60,966 nucleotides of DNA, taken from positions 1-60,966 of the forward strand of contig JAADEJ010000073.1 in assembly GCA_013153475.1 (NCBI GenBank), given 5' to 3'. How positions within the stretch are numbered: position 1 is the first letter of the stretch; the number at the start of each line of letters is the position of its first letter. Below the pieces are notes generated by a model. That model searched no databases. It saw only the letters and a program-made list of their open reading frames with translations, and was not told the origin of the DNA. Positions 1-18,806 of this stretch are shown here, in pieces. Origin of the DNA: Campylobacterota bacterium (GTDB taxonomy: Bacteria; Campylobacterota; Campylobacteria; Campylobacterales; Hydrogenimonadaceae). The translations under genes and the position numbers were made by a program.

Positions 1-1
1 A

Positions 2-1606
2 TTCGCGCGGAACCACACCCCCCTTGATCGCGTCGACAAACTCGTAACCGCTACCGGGCTCCATCGGCTCCAGTTTGAGGAAGACATGGCCATACTGGCC
101 GCGACCGCCGGACTGCTTGGCGTACTTGTACTCCTGCTCGACCGGCGTTTTGATCGTTTCGCGGTAGGCAACCTGGGGTTGACCCACCTCGGCTTCCACT
201 TTAAACTCGCGCATCATACGATCAACAATAATCTCCAGGTGCAGTTCACCCATACCGGAGATGATGGTCTGACCGCTCTCCTCGTCGGTGTGAACACGGA
301 AGCTGGGATCCTCTTCGGCCAGTTTCTGCAGCGCGATGGACATCTTCTCCTGGTCGGCTTTGGTCTTGGGTTCGACGGCGACGGAGATAACCGGATCGGG
401 GAACTCCATGCGCTCGAGAATGACCTTCTCTTTCTCGTCACACAGGGTGTCACCGGTCAGAGTCGACTTCAGCCCCACACACGCGCCGATCTCGCCGGCG
501 TAGAGCTCTTTGATCTCCTCGCGCTTATTGGAGTGCATCTTAAGAAGACGTCCGATACGCTCTTTTTTGCCCTTGGTGGAGTTGTAGACGTAGCTACCCG
601 CTTCGATAATACCGCGATAGACGCGAATAAAGGTGAGCTGGCCGACAAAGGGGTCGGTCATGATCTTAAAGGCCAGCGCCGCGAACGGGCCGTCGTCGGT
701 GGATTGGATCTCAACCGGGTTGCCGTCCATATCCTCGCCGCGGATATTCTTAACCTCGGTCGGCGCGGGCAGGTAGTCGACAACGGCGTCAAGCATGGGT
801 TGAACGCCTTTGTTTTTGAAGGCGGTACCGCAGAGCATGGGCACCATACTCATATCCAGCGTCGCGGCTTTGATACCCGCTTTGATCTCCTCAACTGTCA
901 ACTCTTCACCGCCGAAATATTTCTCCATCAGCTCTTCGCTGGTTTCGGCCACCGCTTCGATCAGCTTTTCGCGGTACTCGTTGGCTTTGTCGACCAGATC
1001 GGCGGGGATATCGGTAACCTGGAACTTCTGGCCGTAGCCTTCGTCTTCCCAGATGATCGCCTTCATCTCGACAAGATCGACAACACCCTGGAAATCGTCT
1101 TCGGCGCCGATGGGAATCTGAATCGGCACGGCGTTGGATTTGAGGCGCTCTTTGATCTGGCGCTCTACCTCAAAGAAGTCGGCGCCGACGCGGTCCATCT
1201 TGTTGACAAACGCCATCCGGGGAACACCGTATTTGTTGGCCTGACGCCAGACGGTTTCAGACTGGGGCTGAACGCCGCCGACGGCGCAGAAGACCGCGAC
1301 CGCGCCGTCAAGAACACGCATGGAGCGCTCGACTTCAATGGTAAAGTCGACGTGGCCCGGGGTGTCGATGATGTTGATCTGGTGATTTTTCCAAAAACAG
1401 GTGGTCGCCGCGGAGGTAATGGTGATACCCCGCTCCTGCTCCTGCTCCATCCAGTCCATCGTGGCCGCACCTTCGTGCACCTCGCCGATTTTGTGGGAGA
1501 GTCCGGTATAAAAGAGGATCCGCTCCGTCGTTGTGGTCTTACCGGCGTCGATGTGCGCGGCGATACCGATGTTTCGTACACGTTCAATGGGGGTTTTTCG
1601 TGCCAT
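2..1606 (-). CDS. fusA: Elongation factor G (5' part; runs off window start)
   Basis: Manual translation from ATG 1606: [35 protein letters not shown]; downstream of rpsG. Confidence 0.97.
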   Translation of the reverse strand, partial: MARKTPIERVRNIGIAAHIDAGKTTTTERILFYTGLSHKIGEVHEGAATMDWMEQEQERGITITSAATTCFWKNHQINIIDTPGHVDFTIEVERSMRVLDGAVAVFCAVGGVQPQSETVWRQANKYGVPRMAFVNKMDRVGADFFEVERQIKERLKSNAVPIQIPIGAEDDFQGVVDLVEMKAIIWEDEGYGQKFQVTDIPADLVDKANEYREKLIEAVAETSEELMEKYFGGEELTVEEIKAGIKAATLDMSMVPMLCGTAFKNKGVQPMLDAVVDYLPAPTEVKNIRGEDMDGNPVEIQSTDDGPFAALAFKIMTDPFVGQLTFIRVYRGIIEAGSYVYNSTKGKKERIGRLLKMHSNKREEIKELYAGEIGACVGLKSTLTGDTLCDEKEKVILERMEFPDPVISVAVEPKTKADQEKMSIALQKLAEEDPSFRVHTDEESGQTIISGMGELHLEIIVDRMMREFKVEAEVGQPQVAYRETIKTPVEQEYKYAKQSGGRGQYGHVFLKLEPMEPGSGYEFVDAIKGGVVPRE

Positions 1607-1642
1607 CTGGTTTCCTTTTGTAAATTGGTAAAATTTGGGGGG

Positions 1643-1651
1643 ATTATAGCA
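1643..1651 (-). promoter_or_regulatory. Extended -10 (TGCTATAAT) upstream of fusA
   Basis: TGCTATAAT on - strand ~37 nt before the fusA ATG. Confidence 0.6.
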
Positions 1652-1662
1652 AATTGCGGTTT

Positions 1663-1695
1663 AAAAATCTCCATCCCGCCAAAGCGGGAGAGGAG
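1663..1695 (-). terminator. Putative intrinsic terminator after rpsG
   Basis: CUCC-UC-UCCCGC-UUUG-GCGGGA-U-GGAG-A-UUUUU on - strand. Confidence 0.5.
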
Positions 1696-1723
1696 GGTAT
1701 AGACAAGTAAAGGTCCGAGTCGC

Positions 1724-2194
<471 letters not shown>

Positions 2195-2204
2195 TTACCT
2201 CTGA

Positions 2205-2579
2205 TTATGATTTGGGGCGTTTCGCACCGTATTTGGAGCGAGAAACGCGGCGATTGGCGACACCGGCGGTATCGAGCGCGCCGCGGACAATGTGGTACTT
2301 CACACCCGGAAGGTCTTTGACCCGGCCGCCGCGAACCAGCACAATGCTGTGCTCTTGCAGGTTGTGACCCTCACCGGGAATGTAACTGATGATCTCAAAA
2401 CCGCTGGTCAGGCGGACTTTGGCAACTTTCCGAAGAGCCGAGTTCGGCTTTTTGGGTGTCGTGGTATAGACGCGGGTACAGACACCGCGGCGCTGCGGGC
2501 ATTTGACCAGTGCCGGCGACTTGGATTTCTTGATGACCTTTTTGCGTTCTTTGCGAACCAATTGGTTGATGGTAGGCAC
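2205..2579 (-). CDS. rpsL: 30S ribosomal protein S12 (GTG start)
   Basis: PTINQLVRK...[10 protein letters not shown]...VKDLPGV. Confidence 0.98.
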   Translation of the reverse strand: MPTINQLVRKERKKVIKKSKSPALVKCPQRRGVCTRVYTTTPKKPNSALRKVAKVRLTSGFEIISYIPGEGHNLQEHSIVLVRGGRVKDLPGVKYHIVRGALDTAGVANRRVSRSKYGAKRPKS

Positions 2580-2713
2580 TCGTTTTTCCTTTCTTGTGAT
2601 TCGATTTTGACGGAATTCTCAAAATTGATGGCAAATCATAGCCAAACAAATATTATATTTAACTTAATTTAAGTGTTTTTTAAAAAATGGGAACCGAAGC
2701 GGGGCGAAGGGGA

Positions 2714-11390
<8,677 letters not shown>

Positions 11391-11467
11391 TCAGTAGTGT
11401 TGCATAAGAAGTATCTGCGACGTGATACGTATAGACGGAAAAGTCTATCAGTGTAGTAAAATATGGA

Positions 11468-11494
11468 TAAAGGGAAGGTTGAACCTTCCCTTTA
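11468..11494 (-). terminator. rplL-rpoB intergenic hairpin (attenuator/terminator-like)
   Basis: Perfect palindrome TAAAGGGAAGGTT-G-AACCTTCCCTTTA. Confidence 0.55.
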
Positions 11495-11512
11495 GAAAAT
11501 CCGTTTAACGAA

Positions 11513-11887
11513 TTATTTAATTTCGACGGTAGCGCCGGCTTCTTCGAATTTCTTCTTAAGCTCTTCGGCTTCGTCTTTGCTGACGGCTTCTTTGATGGTG
11601 GTGGGCGCACCGTCTACCGCCTCTTTGGCCTCTTTCAGGCCCAGGCCGGTTACTTCGCGGACCACTTTGATGACGTTGATTTTCTTCGCACCGGGGCTGG
11701 TCAGAACCACGTCGAATTCGGTTTTCTCTTCCGCACCGCCCGCTTCGCCGCCGGCAGCTGCACCCGCGACAACCATGGGAGTAGCGGAAACGCCGAAGCG
11801 CTCTTCAAACTCTTTTACCAACTCGTTCAGTTCCAGAACAGTCAGACCTTCGATATACTCAAACAGCTCTTCTTTGGTGATTGCCAT
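11513..11887 (-). CDS. rplL: 50S ribosomal protein L7/L12
   Basis: EEKTEFDV...[18 protein letters not shown]. Confidence 0.98.
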   Translation of the reverse strand: MAITKEELFEYIEGLTVLELNELVKEFEERFGVSATPMVVAGAAAGGEAGGAEEKTEFDVVLTSPGAKKINVIKVVREVTGLGLKEAKEAVDGAPTTIKEAVSKDEAEELKKKFEEAGATVEIK

Positions 11888-11953
11888 TTTCTCTCCTTCT
11901 CGGATATTCTTTTAAATCGGTTCGGCGCCGCGCGCCGACCTGAAAGTCCGCGA

Positions 11954-12439
11954 TTAAGCGGCCTCTTCTTCTTTTTTCTTCGCCAGGGCGTCCAGTCCGG
12001 CCGCCATATTGCGCAGAGGTGCCGTCCAGACAGAGAGCAGCATACCGAGCAGCTCTTCTTTGCTGGCCAGTTTGCTGTACTCGATGATCTTGGCCGCGTC
12101 AACCGCCTCTTTGTCGATCACACCGCCTTTGATAACGAATTTGTCGTTCTCTTTGGCGTATTTGGCGACGGTTTTGGACGTGCTGATGGGATCTTCTCCC
12201 CATACAGCCATGTTGGTTTCACGCAGTTCGACACCTTCGATGCCGGCGTTTTTGAAAGCCAGATCGGCCAGGGTGTTTTTGATAACACGCGCACCCAGGC
12301 CCGCTTCGAAGCCGAGCGTACGGAACCCTTCCATCTCTTTGACCGTCATGCCTTTGAAATCGACGATGACGACACAACCGGCGTTCTGGAACGCTTCAGT
12401 CAGTTCCGCGACCAGTTGCTCTTTTTCGTTCCGGGTCAT
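11954..12439 (-). CDS. rplJ: 50S ribosomal protein L10
   Basis: VIKNTL motif; position between rplA and rplL. Confidence 0.96.
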   Translation of the reverse strand: MTRNEKEQLVAELTEAFQNAGCVVIVDFKGMTVKEMEGFRTLGFEAGLGARVIKNTLADLAFKNAGIEGVELRETNMAVWGEDPISTSKTVAKYAKENDKFVIKGGVIDKEAVDAAKIIEYSKLASKEELLGMLLSVWTAPLRNMAAGLDALAKKKEEEAA

Positions 12440-12444
12440 GTTTC

Positions 12445-12525
12445 CTCCTTTCCGACCGAGACTTCAAGAAGGGCGGCAGAGCCGTTTAAGCCACAAGGCC
12501 CCTAACTATCTCCAGTCTAAGATAA
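12445..12525 (-). ncRNA. L10 leader (L10/L12 autoregulatory element)
   Basis: - strand AGACUG-GAGAUAG-UUAGGG-(GCC..GGC)-UUAAA-(CGGC..GCCG)-CCCU-UCUUGA-AGUCU upstream of rplJ resembles the L10-leader layout. Confidence 0.65.
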
Positions 12526-12537
12526 AGGCGCAAAGCC

Positions 12538-13245
12538 TTACTTGATATCCATCAGTTCGGCGGTATCCAGCTTGACCGAAGGGCTCATAGTCAGTGAAAG
12601 CGCCGCATTCTGAATATAACGACCTTTGGCGGCAGCCGGCTTTTGCCGGTTGATGGCGGCAACAAAGGTCTTGAGATTCTCCGCAAGTTTTTCGGCATCG
12701 AAACTCGCTTTGCCGATACCGGCGTGGATATTACCCTTCTTGTCGACGCGGAAGTTGACCTGGCCGCCTTTGGCGTTCTTGACCGCTTGGGCGACATCCA
12801 TGGTTACCGTACCGGTTTTGGGGTTGGGCATCAGCCCCTTGGGTCCGAGAATCCGGCCGATTTTACCGACCTGACCCATCAAGTCGGGGGTCGCAATGAC
12901 AATATCGAAATCGAGGTTTCCGCCCTGAATCGATTCAACCAGGTCCTCGGCGCCTACCACATCGGCACCCGCCTCTTTGGCCTCGTCGGCCTTGGCGCCT
13001 TTGGCAAAGACGGCGACACGAACCTTTTTTCCCGTTCCGTGAGGCAGAACGACCGCGCCGCGAACCATCTGGTCGGCGTGGCGGGGATCGACGTTGAGGC
13101 GCAGGGCCACTTCGACCGTCTCGTCAAATTTGGCGGACTTGAGCTCTTTGACCAGCCCGGTCGCCTCTTCGACAGTATAGTTTTTTTCGGTATCAATCTT
13201 TTCGAGCAGCTTTTGTACCCGTTTGGAAACTTTTTTAGACATCAT
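12538..13245 (-). CDS. rplA: 50S ribosomal protein L1
   Basis: [24 protein letters not shown]; start may be 13242. Confidence 0.98.
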   Translation of the reverse strand: MMSKKVSKRVQKLLEKIDTEKNYTVEEATGLVKELKSAKFDETVEVALRLNVDPRHADQMVRGAVVLPHGTGKKVRVAVFAKGAKADEAKEAGADVVGAEDLVESIQGGNLDFDIVIATPDLMGQVGKIGRILGPKGLMPNPKTGTVTMDVAQAVKNAKGGQVNFRVDKKGNIHAGIGKASFDAEKLAENLKTFVAAINRQKPAAAKGRYIQNAALSLTMSPSVKLDTAELMDIK

Positions 13246-13301
13246 TTTCTCCGCAAATGTTTTTTGCTACCGCAAGTTTTCGATCCGGCGGTGAAGATCT
13301 T

Positions 13302-13727
13302 TTAGTCGACGACCTCGACACCCATGCTTCGGCAGCTGCCCTCGATAATTTTGGCGGCCGCTTCTTCGTCGTGCGCGTTCAGGTCATCCATTTTGGTCTT
13401 GACAATGTTCATGATCTGTTCGCGGGTGATCTTGCCCACTTTGTTTTTGAGCGGGTTGTCACTTCCTTTTTGCAAACCGATCTCTTTTTTGATCAGGTCG
13501 GTAACCGGCGGTTTTTTGGTAATGAACGTGAAGCTCCGGTCACTGTAGACAGTGATAACGACAGGAATGTTGTATCCCATCATATCTTTTGTCTTCTCGT
13601 TGAACGCTTTACAGAACTCCATAATGTTCACACCGCGTTGACCCAGCGCAGGACCTACCGGCGGCGAGGGGTTCGCCTTGCCGGCAGGAATCTGCAATTT
13701 GAATTCATCGACAACTTTTTTTGCCAT
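13302..13727 (-). CDS. rplK: 50S ribosomal protein L11
   Basis: [16 protein letters not shown]. Confidence 0.98.
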   Translation of the reverse strand: MAKKVVDEFKLQIPAGKANPSPPVGPALGQRGVNIMEFCKAFNEKTKDMMGYNIPVVITVYSDRSFTFITKKPPVTDLIKKEIGLQKGSDNPLKNKVGKITREQIMNIVKTKMDDLNAHDEEAAAKIIEGSCRSMGVEVVD

Positions 13728-13754
13728 TGCTCTTCCCTTCCTGTTGGTTTAAAT

Positions 13755-14285
13755 TTAGATGATTTTCTCTACCTGCGAGTAGAGGATCTCAACCGGCGTG
13801 CTCCGGCCGAAGATCGAAACGTTGAGTTTCAGTTTGCCGTGTTCGAGATCGTACTCTTCCACCATGCCGGTGAAGTTGGCGAACGGGCCGTCCACGATCC
13901 GAACCATCTCTCCGGTTTCGAAAGAGATTTTCGGTTTGGGCGCGGCACGGTTGAGAACCTTGTCAAGAATATTTTTGACATCTTTCTCGCTCAAAGGGGT
14001 CGGTTTTTTGCTCTCGCCAATGAAGCGTGAGACCCTGGGCAAAGACTGTATCTTGTGCCACAGATCGGTATCCAGATCCATCTTCGCGAAAACATAACCC
14101 GGATACAATGAGCGCTCGGTGATCTTTTTCTTTCCGTTCTTGACCTCGATCACGTCCTCGGTCGGTACCACGATCTCTTCGATCTTGTCGCTGAAGCCCA
14201 GCTGCTCCGCCATGGTTTCGATGGCGTTTTTGACACTGCGCTCACTGCCGGCGTACGTTTGAATGGCATACCATTTGGCTGACAT
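13755..14285 (-). CDS. nusG: Transcription termination/antitermination factor NusG
   Basis: WYAIQTYAG, LYPGYVF, KOW GPFANFTG, IFGRSTPVE. Confidence 0.98.
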   Translation of the reverse strand: MSAKWYAIQTYAGSERSVKNAIETMAEQLGFSDKIEEIVVPTEDVIEVKNGKKKITERSLYPGYVFAKMDLDTDLWHKIQSLPRVSRFIGESKKPTPLSEKDVKNILDKVLNRAAPKPKISFETGEMVRIVDGPFANFTGMVEEYDLEHGKLKLNVSIFGRSTPVEILYSQVEKII

Positions 14286-14298
14286 ACTCTTCCTTCCC

Positions 14299-14478
14299 TC
14301 AAATCAGCGTAGAAAGAAGTGAAGACATGATCAGATCGATCAACGCCAGAAAGAGCGACACGACACTCACGACAACAAACACCGCGAAAAAAGCCTGTCG
14401 AACCTGCAGTTTGGTCGGAAAAATGACTTTGGACAATTCTATTTTTGCATGGTTGACATAGTTGACAAGTTTTTCCAT
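14299..14478 (-). CDS. secE: Preprotein translocase SecE
   Basis: MEKLVNY...ELSKVIFPT plus a single TM; between tRNA-Trp and nusG. Confidence 0.95.
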   Translation of the reverse strand: MEKLVNYVNHAKIELSKVIFPTKLQVRQAFFAVFVVVSVVSLFLALIDLIMSSLLSTLI

Positions 14479-14496
14479 GATTTCTTTTCCTTCGCG

Positions 14497-14572
14497 TGGC
14501 AGGGCAGGAGGGACTCGAACCCACAACCTACGGTTTTGGAGACCGTTGCTCTACCATTGGAGCTACTGCCCT
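14497..14572 (-). tRNA. tRNA-Trp (CCA)
   Basis: AGGGCAG...GGTCT-CCA-AAACC...GTTCGAGT...CTGCCCTGCCA. Confidence 0.97.
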
Positions 14573-14600
14573 GTATAAAAAGCCAACCCGAGAGACGGGT

Positions 14601-14759
14601 TTAGCTTTTGAGTTTCACCTCTTTGTGAAGCGTGTGTTTGTTGCAACGCGGACAATGCTTACGCGTCTCAAATTTCTCCGTGTGCGTCTTGGAGTTTTTG
14701 GTGGTCGAATAGTTGATCTCACCGCACTCGCTGCACTTCAGGCCTATTTTGATCGTCAT
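14601..14759 (-). CDS. rpmG: 50S ribosomal protein L33 (Zn-ribbon type), 52 aa; not in ORF track
   Basis: Manual translation [52 protein letters not shown]. Confidence 0.97.
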   Translation of the reverse strand: MTIKIGLKCSECGEINYSTTKNSKTHTEKFETRKHCPRCNKHTLHKEVKLKS

Positions 14760-14811
14760 ATCTTCTTACCCTTCCCAAACGGGGCCAAAAAGCCCCGTCG
14801 TTGTCGTTTTG

Positions 14812-16011
14812 TTACTCGATGATTTTGGAAACGACACCGGCACCGACAGTACGTCCACCTTCGCGGATTGCGAAGCGGGTACCTTCTTCCAGTGCGATCG
14901 GCGCGATCAGCTCGGCGGTAATTTTTACGTTGTCGCCGGGCATAACCATTTCGGTACCTTCGGGCAGGGTAATGGCACCGGTTACGTCAGTCGTACGTAC
15001 GTAGAACTGCGGGCGATAGCCGTTGAAGAACGGTGTATGGCGTCCGCCTTCCTCTTTGGTCAAAACGTAGATTTCCGCTTCGAACTTGGTGTGAGGCGTG
15101 ATAGAACCGGGTTTACAGAGAACCATACCGCGCTCAACTTCCTCTTTTTTGGTACCGCGAAGCAGAACGCCGCAGTTGTCGCCCGCTTCACCGCAATCCA
15201 TCTCTTTGCGGAACATTTCAACACCGGTAACGGTGGTTTTTTGCGTATCGCGGATACCGACAATCTCAACTTCGTCACCCACGCACACTTTACCGCGCTC
15301 GATACGACCGGTTACAACGGTACCGCGGCCGGAGATTGAGAAGACATCCTCGATGGGCATCAGGAAGTCTTTGTCGGTTTCGCGCTCGGGAGTCGGAATG
15401 TACTCGTCAACCGCATCCATCAGCTCAAGAATCTTTTGGCTCCACTCACCCAGGTTGCCCGCTTTCGCTTCTTCCAGAGCTTTCAGCGCGGAACCGGCTA
15501 CGACCGGCGTATCGTCACCGGGGAAGTCATACTCGTTGAGCAGTTCGCGAATCTCCATCTCAACCAGTTCCAGCAGCTCTTCATCGTCTACCATATCGGC
15601 TTTGTTCATGAATACGACGATGTAGGGTACACCGACCTGGCGAGAGAGCAGGATGTGCTCGCGAGTCTGAGGCATCGGGCCGTCAGCCGCGGAAACAACC
15701 AGAATCGCGCCGTCCATCTGAGCGGCACCGGTAATCATGTTTTTGACGTAGTCGGCGTGGCCGGGGCAGTCAACGTGCGCATAGTGGCGCTTGTCGGTTT
15801 CGTACTCGACGTGAGAGGTCGCGATGGTAATACCGCGCTCGCGCTCCTCGGGCGCGTTGTCGATTTGATCGTAATCCATCAGTTCCGCTTCGCCTTTGGT
15901 GGCGAGAACCGCGGTGATGGCAGCGGTCAGAGTGGTTTTACCGTGGTCAACGTGACCGATGGTACCGATGTTGACGTGCGGCTTGGTACGTTCGAATTTT
16001 TCCTTAGCCAT
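14812..16011 (-). CDS. tuf: Elongation factor Tu
   Basis: [25 protein letters not shown]. Confidence 0.99.
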   Translation of the reverse strand: MAKEKFERTKPHVNIGTIGHVDHGKTTLTAAITAVLATKGEAELMDYDQIDNAPEERERGITIATSHVEYETDKRHYAHVDCPGHADYVKNMITGAAQMDGAILVVSAADGPMPQTREHILLSRQVGVPYIVVFMNKADMVDDEELLELVEMEIRELLNEYDFPGDDTPVVAGSALKALEEAKAGNLGEWSQKILELMDAVDEYIPTPERETDKDFLMPIEDVFSISGRGTVVTGRIERGKVCVGDEVEIVGIRDTQKTTVTGVEMFRKEMDCGEAGDNCGVLLRGTKKEEVERGMVLCKPGSITPHTKFEAEIYVLTKEEGGRHTPFFNGYRPQFYVRTTDVTGAITLPEGTEMVMPGDNVKITAELIAPIALEEGTRFAIREGGRTVGAGVVSKIIE

Positions 16012-16102
16012 TGTGTTCCTCCGTAAGAAATTTAAATAGGGTACCTCTGCAAACAGGCCGCTGAGTCGGTTTACAGAGGCACCCTGCCGTTTTGTGCGCC
16101 GT

Positions 16103-16108
16103 ATTATA
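16103..16108 (-). promoter_or_regulatory. -10 box of an internal tuf promoter
   Basis: ggTATAAT between tRNA-Thr and tuf, AT-rich upstream. Confidence 0.55.
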
Positions 16109-16152
16109 CCAGAAAAAACGTGAAATTATCTTTATTATCGAAAATTTTGACG

Positions 16153-16227
16153 TGGAGCCCAGAAGCGGGATTGAACCGCCGACCTCTTCCTTACCAAGGA
16201 AGTGCTCTGCCACTGAGCTATCTGGGC
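16153..16227 (-). tRNA. tRNA-Thr (GGT)
   Basis: GCCCAGA...CTTCCTT-GGT-AAGGAAG...TCTGGGCTCCA. Confidence 0.97.
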
Positions 16228-16347
16228 GTATGCGTCGTTGCCAGGAGTGAAAATGAGGTGTTTGCCGCTGAAAAAGTGCTTTGAATGGTACAAAGCGGCA
16301 AACCTGCCAGAAGGCGTGACTCAAAAAATATTCAGCTCCCAGATTCA

Positions 16348-16424
16348 TGGAGCGGGAAACGGGACTCGAACCCGCGACCCTCAGCTTGGAAGGCTGATGC
16401 TCTAGCCAACTGAGCTACTCCCGC
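16348..16424 (-). tRNA. tRNA-Gly (TCC)
   Basis: GCGGGAG...TCAGCCT-TCC-AAGCTGA...TCCCGCTCCA. Confidence 0.97.
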
Positions 16425-16445
16425 GTCACAATTCGACAAGTCAGA

Positions 16446-16531
<86 letters not shown>

Positions 16532-16570
16532 GGATTCTCTGTCTCTCTGGTACAAGCACTGACATTTTGG

Positions 16571-16647
16571 TGGAGCCGGTGATGGGACTCGAACCCGCGA
16601 CCTGCTGATTACAAATCAGCTGCTCTAGCCAGCTGAGCTACACCGGC
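16571..16647 (-). tRNA. tRNA-Thr (TGT)
   Basis: GCCGGTG...GCTGATT-TGT-AATCAGC...CACCGGCTCCA. Confidence 0.97.
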
Positions 16648-16665
16648 GACCAAAAATGGAGTGCA

Positions 16666-16694
16666 ATTGTAATATTTTTTCACTCCCTTGTCAA
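16666..16694 (-). promoter_or_regulatory. Sigma70 promoter of the tRNA-tuf operon
   Basis: TTGACA-17 nt-TACAAT. Confidence 0.8.
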
Positions 16695-16711
16695 GGGTTT
16701 TGGGGAGATTT

Positions 16712-17065
16712 TCAAAATTCCTCTCCCTTTTGCTCTTTCGCTTTGCGGTTGTAGCTTCGTATTCGGCGGCTTTTTCTAATTTGGTTGGCTTCTTTGAGTA
16801 TCGCTTCACACTTCTGTTCACAACTCTCACGCTTTTGCGTCAGCATCAACGCTTTGTTCACAAAGCTCTCCAGCCGTTTATAGTAATCCTGGTGCAGCAC
16901 GCTCTTTTCCGTCTCTTCCAATCTGGCGGCTATATTGGCCACATAGACCTCAAAGGTGACATCTTTTTTTTGCGAACGGCAAAAATTGACCAGGCGGTTC
17001 AAAAAACGTTCAAGCTCCCGCCTGTAACGGGTTTGCAGATACTTCTCACGCCGCTCGTCCCGCAT
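16712..17065 (-). CDS. Hypothetical basic helical protein (117 aa)
   Basis: MRDERREKY start overlaps the upstream stop (TGATG); K/R-rich C-terminus. Confidence 0.7.
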   Translation of the reverse strand: MRDERREKYLQTRYRRELERFLNRLVNFCRSQKKDVTFEVYVANIAARLEETEKSVLHQDYYKRLESFVNKALMLTQKRESCEQKCEAILKEANQIRKSRRIRSYNRKAKEQKGEEF

Positions 17066-18771
17066 CAGCGACTCCGCCGTTTCGCGGGATCGACATGATA
17101 GACCGTCGCGATCTTTTCGGCGTGCCAAAGCTTGGCGACAATGGCGTCACTGGCCTTTTGCCACCCCTCGCTCAACGCTTTGTCGACATAGGGTTTTTCT
17201 CCAAACGCCCGGGCGATCTCGGCCATCTCGCGCGACGGGTCAAGCGTGGGCGCTCTACCGCTTTCATAGCGGGCCAGGAAATAGAACTCCACGAAACGCT
17301 CGTCAAACCGGTTGAGCACCTCGGCGACAAACGTCTCAAAATCTCTCTTGCCGCTCTCCTCGAAAGCCGTTATCAACAGCAAAACCATCCGCTCGAGGGC
17401 TTTGACGGGCACACTGCGCAAAACCGCCTCCCCCACCCGTTTGCCGCGGGTATACTCACACCCCAAAAAGATACGGGCGGAGCGGTCTTCCCGTCCGAAT
17501 TTGGCATTTCTGAGCCCCACGATCCCGATATCGGTGTGTTTATGACGCCCGCACCCTTTCATACAGCCCGAAAAACCGACCCTGATATCGTGCTCAATCA
17601 GCTTCTCGACCGGCAGGTAACGGGCCTCCTCTTTGATACTCCAATAGGAAAAAGGGCAATACTCGCTTCCCGCGCAGGCCACAACCGTCGGCGATGTCCG
17701 GCGTTTCGCAAAGCTCGGGCGCGCTTCGCCCACACCGACGATATAGAGTTGCTGATCGATCCCGATTCTCAGTTCCCCGCCCTCCTGAAGGGTCCAGTCG
17801 GCGATCTTTTGGGCTTCAGAGGGTTCAATAACGCCGTAATCGGTGCGATAGCGGTGTCCCCATTTTCCATCTTTGAGCGGCTCTTTGTCGGCAAAATGGC
17901 GTTTTTGCAGTAGCAATTTCCCCTCGCTTTGCCACGGTTTGCCGTAGAATTCGGCCACAAAACGCTTCACCTCTTCCATGCCGTAATGCTCTATCATATG
18001 AAACAGACGGCTCTTCATCCGCTTCTCCCGCAGACCGTGGCGGTCAAACGCCATAATCACCGCCATGACAAAATCGACCGCCTCTTCGGGGGGTATGAAG
18101 ATGTCGGCGCTTTGGGAGATTTCGGTATTTTTGCCGCCCATGTAGACGTTAAACCCTTTGACCCCCTCTTTTTCGGCCAGGCCGAGGAAAAGGTCGTTGC
18201 TAAAAAGGGGCCAGGCGTTTTCGCGCATTCCCGTGATACCCACGCTGATACGCCGGGGCAACATGCCTACCAGCTCGGGGTTTTTATGAAAGCGCTCATG
18301 CAGGGCGTCAATGATGGGAAACGCCTCGATCTCACAACTCTCTCCCACCCCGTCGTAAGGGTCGGTGACAATATTGCGCACGTTGTCGCCAAAGGTTTGC
18401 CAGGTGCTTAAGCCCTCCAGGGCGTTGACGGTTTCAAAAAGTTCCAGAATGTTTTCGGGCTCAATGCCGTGAATCTGCATACCGGAGCGGGCGGTCAGAA
18501 GGAGTGTCAGGTCATATTTTTGTGCCAACTCGGCGATGGTTTTAAAGTTTCGCGCCCCGACCCGGCCGCCGGGCACGCGAACACGCAACATAAAGGTCTC
18601 TTCCTCCAGTTCGGAGTTAAAAACCCCAAAATCCTGCAGATAGACCCTGTCGCTCTCGGCCAGGCTCTCGAAATCGAGGGTTTTGATCTGGGGAAACCAG
18701 TCTGCGGGCCGCAAAGCGGCTTTATACTTCTCATAACGTTTTTCGGCCAGGTGCTCGGGCGCGTACATCAT
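17065..18771 (-). CDS. Siroheme/[4Fe-4S] nitrite/sulfite reductase (ferredoxin-dependent NirA/Sir family)
   Basis: FMLRVRVPGG, LTARSGMQIHG, GDNVRNI, LPRR, ACAGSEYC...SGCMKGCG ligands. Confidence 0.88.
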   Translation of the reverse strand: MMYAPEHLAEKRYEKYKAALRPADWFPQIKTLDFESLAESDRVYLQDFGVFNSELEEETFMLRVRVPGGRVGARNFKTIAELAQKYDLTLLLTARSGMQIHGIEPENILELFETVNALEGLSTWQTFGDNVRNIVTDPYDGVGESCEIEAFPIIDALHERFHKNPELVGMLPRRISVGITGMRENAWPLFSNDLFLGLAEKEGVKGFNVYMGGKNTEISQSADIFIPPEEAVDFVMAVIMAFDRHGLREKRMKSRLFHMIEHYGMEEVKRFVAEFYGKPWQSEGKLLLQKRHFADKEPLKDGKWGHRYRTDYGVIEPSEAQKIADWTLQEGGELRIGIDQQLYIVGVGEARPSFAKRRTSPTVVACAGSEYCPFSYWSIKEEARYLPVEKLIEHDIRVGFSGCMKGCGRHKHTDIGIVGLRNAKFGREDRSARIFLGCEYTRGKRVGEAVLRSVPVKALERMVLLLITAFEESGKRDFETFVAEVLNRFDERFVEFYFLARYESGRAPTLDPSREMAEIARAFGEKPYVDKALSEGWQKASDAIVAKLWHAEKIATVYHVDPAKRRSR

Positions 18772-18806
18772 GGTCGAATCCTTCCTAACGAAAAAATTGC
18801 GCCATT

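Noticed and set aside
13246-13301. Possible L1-binding site between rplK and rplA (ACCGC/GCGGU stem)
   Set aside because: The position is plausible, but the consensus internal loop could not be confirmed by eye.
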